64,000 nt of DNA from positions 1 to 64,000 of the IMG/VR virus record IMGVR_UViG_3300031552_000003; one strand, written 5' to 3'. The stretch comes from a virus. Under the pieces are notes generated by a model. The model made no database searches. It saw nothing but the letters and a program-made list of their open reading frames with translations, and had not been told where the DNA came from. Shown here piece after piece: positions 49,682 through 59,276 of the stretch; within the stretch, counting starts at the first letter, position 1, and every line of letters begins with the position of its first letter. The position numbers and the translations under genes are program-made.

Positions 49682-50149
49682 AACTTTTCTAAAATTTTAG
49701 TTAATATTTTTATTGTTGTGCTATTTTCAAAAGCATCTGATAAAGCATTTACTAATTCTTGTTTTAAATCATTGGATTCTTCTTCACTTTCAATTAAAAT
49801 GTTAATTGAAAAAGGTTCAAATTTTTGTATTTTTTCTACTTTCATAATCATTCAATTTAAAATGGTTAAAATAAACTAATTAAAATTATCAAAAAAACAA
49901 TGATTATTGGAATTGCAAATATTCCACACCCAATATTCATAAATGAATTTCCTAATTTTGTTAAATCTTGTTCAATCATAATCATTCTGTTTTAATTGTT
50001 TGTGTATTTCTTTTCCTAAATTTTTTTATTGAATTATCTGCAAAATCTTCTGGATATTGTACTTTTGTAACAGCTCTTTTATAAATATCAATCCATAGCA
50101 TTTTTTCAATATCATTTTTTAAAATTAATTTTTTCATAATCATTTATTT

Positions 50150-50356
50150 TTAAGATTCCATAAAACTTATTTTACAAGTAGATCCAACCATTTTATTATA
50201 CTCAATTTGAGTTTTAGCTGACCCAATTATTTTTCCGGCTACGTTAGCTGCTTCTTTGGCTTCATTTACACCAATTTCATTATTCCGTAAACTATTATAC
50301 ACATTAGTTAAATCATTACGTAAATCAATCATGTTTTTTACATCAATCTTTTTCAT
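50150..50356 (-). CDS. Phage hypothetical protein
   Basis: A..AANVAGKII.SAK.Q.EY pattern. Confidence 0.6.
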   Translation of the reverse strand: MKKIDVKNMIDLRNDLTNVYNSLRNNEIGVNEAKEAANVAGKIIGSAKTQIEYNKMVGSTCKISFMES

Positions 50357-50372
50357 ACTATTTAAATTTAAA

Positions 50373-50795
50373 TTAATAATTTTTTAAAATTCTATTTATT
50401 TGCATTTGTAAACGTTTTGCTTCTATTAATTCTGGATATTGCCTGAGTTCATTTAATGGTATTTTCATAGTTGCTGCAATGTAACTATCTGCTAAATTTA
50501 CTATATTGTTTTTTATTTTATAAATTCTTAATCTTTCTTTACATAAAAATAACCTATGTATAGCATCAGCACATTCGATACAATAAATTGAGTGTTCCCT
50601 TGTCAAAATATTTTTTGATTTTTTAAATTCTTTAATTCTCTTTTCTTTTCCACATCTATAACAAACATGTAATTTTACACATAAAGTAAAAGTTTCTTCT
50701 AAATTTTTATGATGCTTTTTTTGATAATCAATAATATATTCACAAGTTGTTTTGTTTAAAATTAAACTTGGTAAGATATATTGTATTCCATTCAT
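50373..50795 (-). CDS. Zn-finger hypothetical protein
   Basis: CYRC...CIEC, L.DSYI, PELIEAKR. Confidence 0.6.
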   Translation of the reverse strand: MNGIQYILPSLILNKTTCEYIIDYQKKHHKNLEETFTLCVKLHVCYRCGKEKRIKEFKKSKNILTREHSIYCIECADAIHRLFLCKERLRIYKIKNNIVNLADSYIAATMKIPLNELRQYPELIEAKRLQMQINRILKNY

Positions 50796-50798
50796 AAT

Positions 50799-51710
50799 TT
50801 ATTCTCCTTTCACAATTGAGTAACATTTAAAAACAAGGCCAGGAAAACCTGTATTATAAAATGGTTCGTACATTTCTTCCATAATCAACCCTGCCCTCAT
50901 ATTATCTTCTTTTAATAATATTGACTGACAATAACCAAGTACAAGCCTACGAATACTTTCTGGTTCTTGATTTTTTAAACCATTTAATATAAAAGAAATT
51001 TCTTTCCATCGAGCACCTTGTATTAACTTTCGACAAAGTTCGATGCTTTGTGTTTGTTCTTCGGCTGATTTATGGGCTACATTTAAACGATTTTCAACAG
51101 GTGAAGAAAGCACCTGTTCTAAAATGTTAAGTGCATTACGGGGATGTCCTAAGCTATCTTGGACTATTTGTTCATATACTTCTTTTTGCAAACTTTCATT
51201 TTCGCTTCGAACAATTTTACGTAACAAACTTGTTAATTGTTCATCATTTAATGTTTTTACTTGTAATTGGATGCAACGACTTTTTATTGTATCAAGTATC
51301 TTTTGAGGCTCTGTTGTACAAAGAATAAAATATACATTCAGAGGTGTATCTTCCAAAATTTTGAGTAATGCTGACATCGCATCACTGGTCAACTTTTGGA
51401 TTTCATCCAATATCCAACATCTGTTTTTTCCTTCCAGTGGTTTATAAGAACTATTTGTACGAATTTCACGAATCGTATCTATCCCACGAAATTGCCCAGA
51501 ATCTAATTCTTTTAAATCATTCCCAACACAATCCAGTTGTGATGCAATTATACGAGCTATGGTAGTTTTTCCACAACCATAAGCACCATGTAAAAGATAT
51601 ACATGAGGTGGATCAGGCTTACTCAACATTGTTTGTAAACCTGAAATTATATCTTCATTTCCTTTTACTTGTTCGAATGAAGATGGGCGGTAACGGTGAT
51701 AGAGGCTCAT
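50799..51710 (-). CDS. dnaX: Clamp loader (DNA Pol III gamma/tau-like AAA+)
   Basis: LY.RYRP..F, G..GCGKTT, ILDE, TI.SRC. Confidence 0.92.
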   Translation of the reverse strand: MSLYHRYRPSSFEQVKGNEDIISGLQTMLSKPDPPHVYLLHGAYGCGKTTIARIIASQLDCVGNDLKELDSGQFRGIDTIREIRTNSSYKPLEGKNRCWILDEIQKLTSDAMSALLKILEDTPLNVYFILCTTEPQKILDTIKSRCIQLQVKTLNDEQLTSLLRKIVRSENESLQKEVYEQIVQDSLGHPRNALNILEQVLSSPVENRLNVAHKSAEEQTQSIELCRKLIQGARWKEISFILNGLKNQEPESIRRLVLGYCQSILLKEDNMRAGLIMEEMYEPFYNTGFPGLVFKCYSIVKGE

Positions 51711-51712
51711 AT

Positions 51713-51940
51713 TTATGTCCCTTCATTAATTTGACTTCTTTCACTTTTTATAACAGTTGGAATTGTGCGATTTTTTATTTCACATACTTCATCTTTAGAT
51801 TCTAAACACCAATTTAAAATAGAAATACAACGAATAGATTCTTTTATAATATTTTCATTATAAATAATAACTTTTTTTGCTTCTTCTATGCTACGTTGAT
51901 TTATGCGAATTTCATTTTTTATTTCTTCTTCTGTTTTCAT
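51713..51940 (-). CDS. Hypothetical protein
   Basis: In-operon ORF. Confidence 0.5.
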   Translation of the reverse strand: MKTEEEIKNEIRINQRSIEEAKKVIIYNENIIKESIRCISILNWCLESKDEVCEIKNRTIPTVIKSERSQINEGT

Positions 51941-52115
51941 TTCTTTAATTTTTTAAATGATTTTAACGCAAATCCTGCATTATTCATAAAAGAAGCTTTT
52001 TCTCGTGATACAGCTACTAAAGTGTATTCATAACCATATTTGATTATTTTTTTCTTTAGTCTATTGTCTGGCTTTTTAATAATATTGTTTGTTTTCATAA
52101 AGTATAATTTAAATA

Positions 52116-52163
52116 CAAATATAATATAATTTTTAATTTAAAATAATATTTAATAAATAATTT
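52116..52163 (-). promoter_or_regulatory. Bacteroidota-type promoter (-7 TATATTTG)
   Basis: caaatata at 52116-52123; context similar to 30093-30140. Confidence 0.6.
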
Positions 52164-52553
52164 TTAAAATGGACATTTTTCTTCTCTCATTTTCCATTCA
52201 TCATCTATATCTAATAAAACACCTCTTGCTCTTTTTGAATTATCAGAAACAGTAATAGCTCGAATATTATCCTTATGATACCCTTGTGATGGGTCTATTC
52301 TATCTATAGATAGACAATTTGCTGTTCTACCTTTTAATTTATCATATCCAGTTTGATTACAAAATTCTTTAAAATCATTAAGAGTTATTGTGACTTCTTT
52401 ATTACGCCTACGTGCATTGTTTTTAAATTTATCATACCAATAAGCAAGAGGGTTCATTTCTTTTTTTCTTCTTGATTTACAAGTCCAACATAATTTTCTA
52501 CCTTTACTTGCTTTATTTTTACATCCTGGTGTAATGCATTTTTTTTGTTTCAT
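52164..52553 (-). CDS. HNH-like endonuclease with N-terminal Zn finger
   Basis: CITPGC...CWTC; SIDRID...GY..DNI. Confidence 0.7.
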   Translation of the reverse strand: MKQKKCITPGCKNKASKGRKLCWTCKSRRKKEMNPLAYWYDKFKNNARRRNKEVTITLNDFKEFCNQTGYDKLKGRTANCLSIDRIDPSQGYHKDNIRAITVSDNSKRARGVLLDIDDEWKMREEKCPF

Positions 52554-54013
52554 ACTAAATCATATTTACTTTTTTCATACCATGAACCATCAACAGGAGC
52601 TAAATCAGCATCAACTTCTAAAGGAATATCAATCCAATCCCAATGTTTAGGTAAATCAATAGTTGTAATTTTATGCACAGTTTTACTGATTAACTTTAAT
52701 TCTTTTGGATTTACATCAATAATAAGTGAATCATGTACCTGTCCAATAATTTTACTATCAAGATTATTATCAATAATAAATTTATCTAATTCAATTAATG
52801 AAAAAAGCAAACAATGGAAAGCAGAACCTTGAATCGGATAATTACTTACTTCTTTTTTGTTCATCACACCTGAACAACGAAACCCTGTATAAAAATCAAA
52901 ATAACCTTTCTTTTGATATTCTTCAAACCAATCTATTTTCCATTGTTTATACTGTTTATACCTAACATTCCAAAAATTTTCTTCTATTTCTTTTATGTGT
53001 TTCATAAACCCAGTAGCAACCCATCCTTTTTCAGTTTTTTTGACTGAACCAAATTCTTTTATTCCTTTTGATATTAAATGATCTGATAAATAATAAGGTT
53101 TAAATGGTTTTCCCATCTCATCAACAATAGGACCTTGTCCATATTTCCATTTTCCTGTTTTTGGAAGTTTTCCCCAGTTATTTGCAAGGTTTTCAGCAGT
53201 ATTTTTATAATAATCCCCATAAAATTCAGCAAATACAAAGCCATTTTTTGCAGCTTGACGAAGTAATTTGTGCCCGGGTTTATTTTTATCAAAATTATCA
53301 ATCATAAATATTTCTTTAGCCATATCAGTATGCATATCACCATGTAAAATATCATATCCTAATTTTTCATCTTTATTATAGCAATAGCTTATACGTACTT
53401 CGAGTTGGCCAAAATCAACTTCTAACAATTGATGCCCTTTACGTGGAAATAAAGCACTTCGACACAATTTTTGCATTTCAGCATCCCGTATGGGAATATT
53501 TTGGAAGTTTGGAGAATCTGCTGAACTACGAAAAGTTCTGACTAAGTGCAAGTTATAAAATGGATGTATAATTCCATCCACTTGTTCATTGTAAAACCCG
53601 GTTAAAACATCAATTGATTTTTTAATCTTTCCTTTTTCAAGCAATAAATCTAATTCTGGTATTTCTAATTGTTTTAATGCTTCTTCGTCAGTAGAGCCTT
53701 TCTTGCTTTCTCCTGTTTTACCCCCTTTAGTATATTTAACAGGAGTAATTCCCTTTACTGTATAAAGAAAATGCCCTAATTGAATTCCTGAATTGATATT
53801 TATTTTGCCTTTCGTGTGTTTTTGCCAATCTTGAAAAAATTCAGATTCTTTAAATTTATGTTCAAAGCGTTCTATTTTACGTTGCAGGAAATTAAGTTTT
53901 CTTTTTACATATTCCACATCTACTCGGAACCCTTGCATTTCTGCACGTGCCAAAGCAAAAATACCATTATGAAAAAGTTGATAAGCTTCGTTACTATTTG
54001 GATGTACTTTCAT
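52550..54013 (-). CDS. polA: Family A DNA polymerase, polymerase domain
   Basis: R.S...PNFQNIP, D..QLEVR (motif A), R..AK...F...YG (B), QVHDS (C). Confidence 0.93.
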   Translation of the reverse strand: MKVHPNSNEAYQLFHNGIFALARAEMQGFRVDVEYVKRKLNFLQRKIERFEHKFKESEFFQDWQKHTKGKININSGIQLGHFLYTVKGITPVKYTKGGKTGESKKGSTDEEALKQLEIPELDLLLEKGKIKKSIDVLTGFYNEQVDGIIHPFYNLHLVRTFRSSADSPNFQNIPIRDAEMQKLCRSALFPRKGHQLLEVDFGQLEVRISYCYNKDEKLGYDILHGDMHTDMAKEIFMIDNFDKNKPGHKLLRQAAKNGFVFAEFYGDYYKNTAENLANNWGKLPKTGKWKYGQGPIVDEMGKPFKPYYLSDHLISKGIKEFGSVKKTEKGWVATGFMKHIKEIEENFWNVRYKQYKQWKIDWFEEYQKKGYFDFYTGFRCSGVMNKKEVSNYPIQGSAFHCLLFSLIELDKFIIDNNLDSKIIGQVHDSLIIDVNPKELKLISKTVHKITTIDLPKHWDWIDIPLEVDADLAPVDGSWYEKSKYDLV

Positions 54014-54017
54014 AATT

Positions 54018-55250
54018 TTAAAAAGGTAAAGGTGAGATTAAGTTTATTTGTTTCATGAATAATCGAAACTCGTTAATCGAATCATATGCACAATATTTTA
54101 ACAACTTTTCTTTTCCTCCAGGCATTTTCAAAAGTTCTTCTATTTGATTAATATCATTAGCACTATTTGAAACTTTAGGACGTAGATACGGTGCTATTTC
54201 ACTATCATAATCAACAATTCCAAAATTCACATAGTTTTGAAATTTCAACCCGGTTATGCCAGTCCTGTTATCTAAAATATGTGCTGCTTGCATTGTATCA
54301 TGATACCACCCTTTCACTTCTGTTCGTAACTTTACTTGTGACCAAACATGCTCGTATTTACAATTTTGAGCTATTTTATTAATGTTTTCATTATTAAGAA
54401 AATTAAGAAATGGTTTTAATTCTCTTCGTGTTTCAGGCATCATAAAAACATATGCATGATTTTCTGAATCTGCAATAGAACAACAAATTATTTTATGTCC
54501 TTCTGCATGTGGTTTCAACCCGGTAGTTTCATAATCAAATGCAGCAAAATTAGGAGAAATATGCGTTTTAACGGAACCTATTTGAGTATATTCAATTTCT
54601 TTTAAATCAGTTATAACTTCAATCTCAGGTTCTTTCCATATTGGAAATGGTTTATCAAGATGTTCGATAGCTTGTCTCAAATCAAGCTTCCAAATAGTTT
54701 CAATTTCATCACGTTGTTCATTTAAAATAGTAGAAGGATTAAAAATAGGGCAAATCCATGTTTTAAAATCTTGGTCTGGAATTGCAAATCCTCTCCATTT
54801 ATCAATATTCCCTAAGTCTTTTTTCCAGCGATTTCCTATGATGCTATAAAGAGCAGAATTACCAAGCAAAATAATTACTTTTGGTTTATATTTTTCAATT
54901 GCTTTTAATACCATTATAGAGCGACAACAATCTATTTGATGATTTGTAGGTTTATCAGTAGTACAATTTACAGCATTTAAGTTTATACAATCTTCAAATA
55001 AATCAATACCTAATTTTTCATAAGCCCGTTGTAATTTTCTACCTTCTTTTCCTTGCCATTGTTGCCCACGTTCACTATCTAATTCAGATGGACATTCTCC
55101 TATGTTCATTATGCCTTTTTTGAAATTTCCATAAGGTTTCATTTTTGGATTTAATATCTTTTTGTATAATCCGCAAGATGAGCATGAGAATATTTTACCT
55201 GTTGGCCTGGTTTTAGATTCAGTTTGTTTTTGTGTGAAAAATCCTGCCAT
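54018..55250 (-). CDS. Family-4 UDG-like domain fused to a 3'-5' exonuclease (N-terminal part of split PolA)
   Basis: CSSCGL, IGECP, P.VI.LLG; FDYETTGL, QN.KYE, DTM..AH, Y...D. Confidence 0.87.
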   Translation of the reverse strand: MAGFFTQKQTESKTRPTGKIFSCSSCGLYKKILNPKMKPYGNFKKGIMNIGECPSELDSERGQQWQGKEGRKLQRAYEKLGIDLFEDCINLNAVNCTTDKPTNHQIDCCRSIMVLKAIEKYKPKVIILLGNSALYSIIGNRWKKDLGNIDKWRGFAIPDQDFKTWICPIFNPSTILNEQRDEIETIWKLDLRQAIEHLDKPFPIWKEPEIEVITDLKEIEYTQIGSVKTHISPNFAAFDYETTGLKPHAEGHKIICCSIADSENHAYVFMMPETRRELKPFLNFLNNENINKIAQNCKYEHVWSQVKLRTEVKGWYHDTMQAAHILDNRTGITGLKFQNYVNFGIVDYDSEIAPYLRPKVSNSANDINQIEELLKMPGGKEKLLKYCAYDSINEFRLFMKQINLISPLPF

Positions 55251-55265
55251 TTTTTAGTTATTATT

Positions 55266-55469
55266 TTATACATTAATTTGAATATCTATTTTACTAAGCA
55301 GCAATTCAAAATCTTTTTGACTGACATGTTTAGGTTTTGAAATATAAAGCATCGGAAAAGATGAATTACTTTTATTTGAATGGCCCCAAACAATGCCTGA
55401 TTTAATACCGAAAATTTTTCTTCTATTTTCGTCAAATTCAAATGATTTTATTGATTCTATAATATTCAT
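55266..55469 (-). CDS. Hypothetical protein (cassette array)
   Basis: ORF adjacent to repeat. Confidence 0.55.
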   Translation of the reverse strand: MNIIESIKSFEFDENRRKIFGIKSGIVWGHSNKSNSSFPMLYISKPKHVSQKDFELLLSKIDIQINV

Positions 55470-55526
55470 AATTAAAATTGTACGGTTTAATATTTTAAAC
55501 TGTTGTTATTTAGATGTTAGTGCCAA

Positions 55527-56093
55527 TTATAAAACCGCCCGCTTGATATCAAAGTCGCATTTACGAATTTTGCACATACGCCCATCGGTTTTGTGATGAA
55601 AAACAATTCCTTCAATATCTAATTCTGAGTTTGATAAGTAGTTTTTTAACCCATCAAAAGAAAAGTCAGTTACTGGCAATATTTCAATTCCATGTTTAAC
55701 TAAAATATGCCCAGTTAAATGTTCTGGGTTTCCTTGTAATTTTTCGCCACAAAGTTCGTAAGTTCCATTTTCTTTGTTTTTTAAGGCATCAAAGCCAACA
55801 AAATGCCATTTATCGGTTGGGTTATTTCGGTCGCATTTAATCCAATGTGGCCAGTGTCCTGTTATTTCATCAGGTTCTTGGCATGGTATCGCATTTGCTG
55901 GTACTTGTTTGCCTTTTTTTACATCATAGCGTTTATATAATTCGCCATTAATAATTGCGGTGGCAGTTCCATCAAACTTGCGTGTAGGAATACCTTCGCC
56001 ATCAATTACCCATTTGTTTTCGGGTGCAATTTCATTAATTACCCTGCTTAAATCATTCGGGTCTTTTTTGTAAAGTGTGCTAATTTTCTTCAT
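55527..56093 (-). CDS. ATP-dependent RNA-ligase-like nucleotidyltransferase (DUF5565-like)
   Basis: TRKFDGT (motif I), YELCG, EGIVF (IV), CKI (V). Confidence 0.75.
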   Translation of the reverse strand: MKKISTLYKKDPNDLSRVINEIAPENKWVIDGEGIPTRKFDGTATAIINGELYKRYDVKKGKQVPANAIPCQEPDEITGHWPHWIKCDRNNPTDKWHFVGFDALKNKENGTYELCGEKLQGNPEHLTGHILVKHGIEILPVTDFSFDGLKNYLSNSELDIEGIVFHHKTDGRMCKIRKCDFDIKRAVL

Positions 56094-56277
56094 TGTATTT
56101 TAATTTTTAAAAGTTGATAATCAAATAAATAACTGCCACTAACACCGCGTATAGGTAATGTGGGTTTTTCGTTTAATTCATTCATTTGTTTATATCTATT
56201 AAGTTTATACTAAATTGATAAGTTTAAAATTTTAAACCGTTGTTTTTGCTACGTTTCTGCTCATGAGTAATGTGACA

Positions 56278-56478
56278 TTAATCACTCTGCACATGCACAA
56301 TACCACTATCAAGTAGGCATATTTCAATCTGTTTCCCATCTTCAAGTAACAATTGTAATTCATCACCATCTTCATCCTTGTGTAAGTATATATCTACAAT
56401 CTTTTTACCAAGGATTTCTTTGGAGTCGAGCATCCCATATTCTATTGTTTTGCTTGCTTTATATTTTCGTTTTCCCAT
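56278..56478 (-). CDS. Hypothetical protein (cassette array)
   Basis: ORF between repeats. Confidence 0.6.
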   Translation of the reverse strand: MGKRKYKASKTIEYGMLDSKEILGKKIVDIYLHKDEDGDELQLLLEDGKQIEICLLDSGIVHVQSD

Positions 56479-56556
56479 AATATTTGTTTTTAAGTTTATA
56501 CTAAATTGATAAGTTTAATATTTTAAACTGTTGTTATTGATATGATAGCAAACATA

Positions 56557-56802
56557 TTAAGAATTCGCTTCGTCTAATAGTTCAGAAGCATTGCCTTTCA
56601 TATATTCACTAATTTTTTGATATGATTTTGAAACACTATCGTTGTCAAATCCACGAAATTTAACTCTGGCAGGATAAACAGATTTTACTACATCACCATC
56701 CATAACAAAAACTATTGCCCACCCAAACACATGTAATATTTGATTAATGAAAAGAAGCAAACCTGTACTTCTAAATTCTGACCATTCTTTTTTTGTTACC
56801 AT
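56557..56802 (-). CDS. Phage hypothetical protein (cassette array)
   Basis: W.EFR.TGLL..IN.ILH.FGWA; ORF between repeats. Confidence 0.65.
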   Translation of the reverse strand: MVTKKEWSEFRSTGLLLFINQILHVFGWAIVFVMDGDVVKSVYPARVKFRGFDNDSVSKSYQKISEYMKGNASELLDEANS

Positions 56803-56877
56803 TTTGTTTAAATATTTTATTTATGTATTTAATTAATAATCAGATAAAAAACAGCTGATAACACGTAATAAACAATG

Positions 56878-57093
56878 CTATAACTTCCCGCTTAATATAT
56901 CTAATCCGACTGAAGATACTGTGTTATCAAATACTCTTGGTTTTGATTTACTTGCTTTTGCAACAATGTAAGCATCACGTAGTTTTTGCATTGCATCAAT
57001 AAAGCTTTCATAATGTTTTTCATCTAAGTTGGTAATATCTACCAAATTACCTGTACTTGTTTCCTGTACTAAAATTTTGTTAAAGAATCCCAT
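56878..57093 (-). CDS. Hypothetical protein (cassette array)
   Basis: Start codon lies within the 40-bp repeat. Confidence 0.6.
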   Translation of the reverse strand: MGFFNKILVQETSTGNLVDITNLDEKHYESFIDAMQKLRDAYIVAKASKSKPRVFDNTVSSVGLDILSGKL

Positions 57094-57188
57094 AATATTT
57101 GTTTTTAAGTTTATACTAAATTGATAAATGTATTCATTCTATTAAGTTTGTGAGGGCTACACATCATATATTCAACATTATAAACAAA

Positions 57189-57407
57189 CTAATTTCCAAA
57201 GCCACTAATTAAGTATTTTAGTAATTGAATACATTTCAACGTGCTTGATTCGGCTTTTATTTTATCAACTATTTTTTCAAGTTCTAATTCATAATCAGAT
57301 AATCCAGATAATTGAGCAGTTTCTTGCATCCATTCTACTGTCGATTTTCCACTACCGACACTAAATGAAGGACGTAATTCATCGTTAAATCTATTTTCTT
57401 TATTCAT
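57189..57407 (-). CDS. Hypothetical protein (cassette array)
   Basis: ORF between repeats. Confidence 0.55.
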   Translation of the reverse strand: MNKENRFNDELRPSFSVGSGKSTVEWMQETAQLSGLSDYELELEKIVDKIKAESSTLKCIQLLKYLISGFGN

Positions 57408-57431
57408 TATTTGTCTGTTTTTGTAGTGACA

Positions 57432-57635
57432 TTAAAGCGTAATTTCAAATATACCTTCTATTTCTGCTTTAGTGCCATAATCAACTTTTCCAATATTAAG
57501 TTCATAAGCATCTTCATACACAACTATATATCTATCTTTAAACCCAGTTTTAATTACGTGTATTAATTCTGGTTCATTTTGTAATCTAAATGTTTTAGTT
57601 ACATTACCGCTTTCAATCCATTTTAAGTTTTCCAT
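57432..57635 (-). CDS. Hypothetical protein (cassette array)
   Basis: ORF between repeats. Confidence 0.55.
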   Translation of the reverse strand: MENLKWIESGNVTKTFRLQNEPELIHVIKTGFKDRYIVVYEDAYELNIGKVDYGTKAEIEGIFEITL

Positions 57636-57742
57636 AATAATAACGCCACATAATAATGCATTGTCTTTATGGTCTTTTTTAAGTTTATACTAAATTGATA
57701 AGTTTAAAATTTTAAACTATTGTTATCGATATTAGATACAAT

Positions 57743-57964
57743 TTAATGTCCACAATATTGCGAAATGAGTTTGATAATTTCATCTTTAAGTACATCTGGC
57801 ATATTGGAAGTTATTAACGTTATCGGTTCATCAATGGGATATTTTTCCAAAATTATTGGTATTTCATCATTTGGTTTGCTTCCAATCATCCTAAACTGGT
57901 TGTATGTTAAATTATCAAACTCAAACTTAATTTCTTTTTCTGGTATTTCTAAAATTGCTTTCAT
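57743..57964 (-). CDS. Hypothetical protein (cassette array)
   Basis: ORF between repeats. Confidence 0.55.
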   Translation of the reverse strand: MKAILEIPEKEIKFEFDNLTYNQFRMIGSKPNDEIPIILEKYPIDEPITLITSNMPDVLKDEIIKLISQYCGH

Positions 57965-58000
57965 AATTAGTATTATAAATTGTGACTAAAAGCTAACTTT

Positions 58001-58255
58001 TCATATTATTATCGCACGCATTGTATCTATTATTTCTTCGGTTGTAAATCCAATCTTACTTATCATTCCACCAACTTTCACCATCGCTTCTTTTATTTCT
58101 TCATCTGCCATATTAGAAGTATCATGTCCGAAAAAAGCAAGTTCGGATCTAAATTTAGCAATTACTATTCGCTCTTGTTTTTCCACGCTTAAAAAGCGCA
58201 TAACAATGCGTAAAATCCATTGCTTACGTAGTAGGTAATTTGCAAATGTTTTCAT
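58001..58255 (-). CDS. Hypothetical protein whose N-terminus reads through an attC-like arm
   Basis: GCATAAC at 58198-58204 is antisense to the IVMR codons. Confidence 0.55.
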   Translation of the reverse strand: MKTFANYLLRKQWILRIVMRFLSVEKQERIVIAKFRSELAFFGHDTSNMADEEIKEAMVKVGGMISKIGFTTEEIIDTMRAIII

Positions 58256-58265
58256 ATAATTAACA

Positions 58266-59276
58266 TTATTTACTTTTAATCACAGTTACATATGTCCAAT
58301 TATCACCAGAAAACTTTATCCTGTTTTTTGCTATAATACAATTAAGTGTTTCAGAAAGTATATCTTTCAAAAAATATGGGGATATTGAAAAAGATACAGG
58401 CTCCTCATTGTATTTTATTTTTACTACTTCTTCAAACCACCCACTATCTGATTTACTTGATATTTTAAATTTGTTATTTTCTAAAATTATATCTACAGGC
58501 ATTTCAAAACCATTATGTTTACAAAACACCATAGCTTTGTCTAAAATTTCCTTAGTAGTTTCTGGTAATTTTACTTGTGTCCCTTCTATTTTAAAAAAAG
58601 AAGCTGTATCAGGAAAATTATCATCTGCAAATATTCTACATGATATTATAACACCCTCATTAGTTTTAAAATGAACCCATCCTTTCCCTTCTGCTATTTT
58701 AATAGGGTTCATTTTAGCTACTTTTACAACTGATATTGCCGGGATAAGAAAAGTTTCAACAGGAAGCTTATCTTCTAACATTATCTTTGAAATTCGGAAT
58801 GAATCAGAAGCTTCTACAAACCCTTCCTTGTTTACATGTACACATGTTAAAATTGGTTTTGTTGAATCTTGTGAAGCTGTTTTACCTGCAAAAAATATTG
58901 CTTTTAATAAATCATCAGGTATATTTTTCCACATGCCTTTTTCACCAATACTATCTATTGGTAATTTAATTTCTGATTGTAATGTTAAACCAGCTTTTGA
59001 CCTGCCACATTTAATCCTAAGTTCTGTTTCTTCTACAGTTAATTCAATTTCATCTTTTTTTAATTTACTTAGTAGGTTATATAATTCAGTAGCATTTACC
59101 GCACCTGTTATATCTAAACCTTCAACGTGATAAGAAATACTAATTTCATCGTTGTACGTAACAATTTTATCCCCTATAAAAGCAAATGATGTCGATTGTT
59201 CTATTAATTCTCTGTTTGCAAGCCCTGGACGGACTGTTTCAAGTGCTTTTAACAATTCTGTTTTATTTATAATCAT
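58266..59276 (-). CDS. dnaN: DNA polymerase sliding clamp (beta subunit-like)
   Basis: 336 aa three-domain pattern, P.LT.V......ASD.FR, FPD; clamp loader in same arm. Confidence 0.8.
   Translation of the reverse strand: MIINKTELLKALETVRPGLANRELIEQSTSFAFIGDKIVTYNDEISISYHVEGLDITGAVNATELYNLLSKLKKDEIELTVEETELRIKCGRSKAGLTLQSEIKLPIDSIGEKGMWKNIPDDLLKAIFFAGKTASQDSTKPILTCVHVNKEGFVEASDSFRISKIMLEDKLPVETFLIPAISVVKVAKMNPIKIAEGKGWVHFKTNEGVIISCRIFADDNFPDTASFFKIEGTQVKLPETTKEILDKAMVFCKHNGFEMPVDIILENNKFKISSKSDSGWFEEVVKIKYNEEPVSFSISPYFLKDILSETLNCIIAKNRIKFSGDNWTYVTVIKSK

Larger units (their letters stand above)
55485..57742. repeat. Dispersed attC-like intergenic repeat family (core TAAGTTTATACTAAATTGATAA x4; GTTTAA(A/T)ATTTTAAAC x4)
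   Basis: Core at 56200-56221, 56491-56512, 57106-57127, 57680-57701; palindrome at 55485, 56222, 56513, 57702. Confidence 0.9.

Noticed and set aside
56200-57701. CRISPR array from the 22-bp repeats
   Set aside because: Spacing is 290-615 bp and contains whole ORFs; no cas genes
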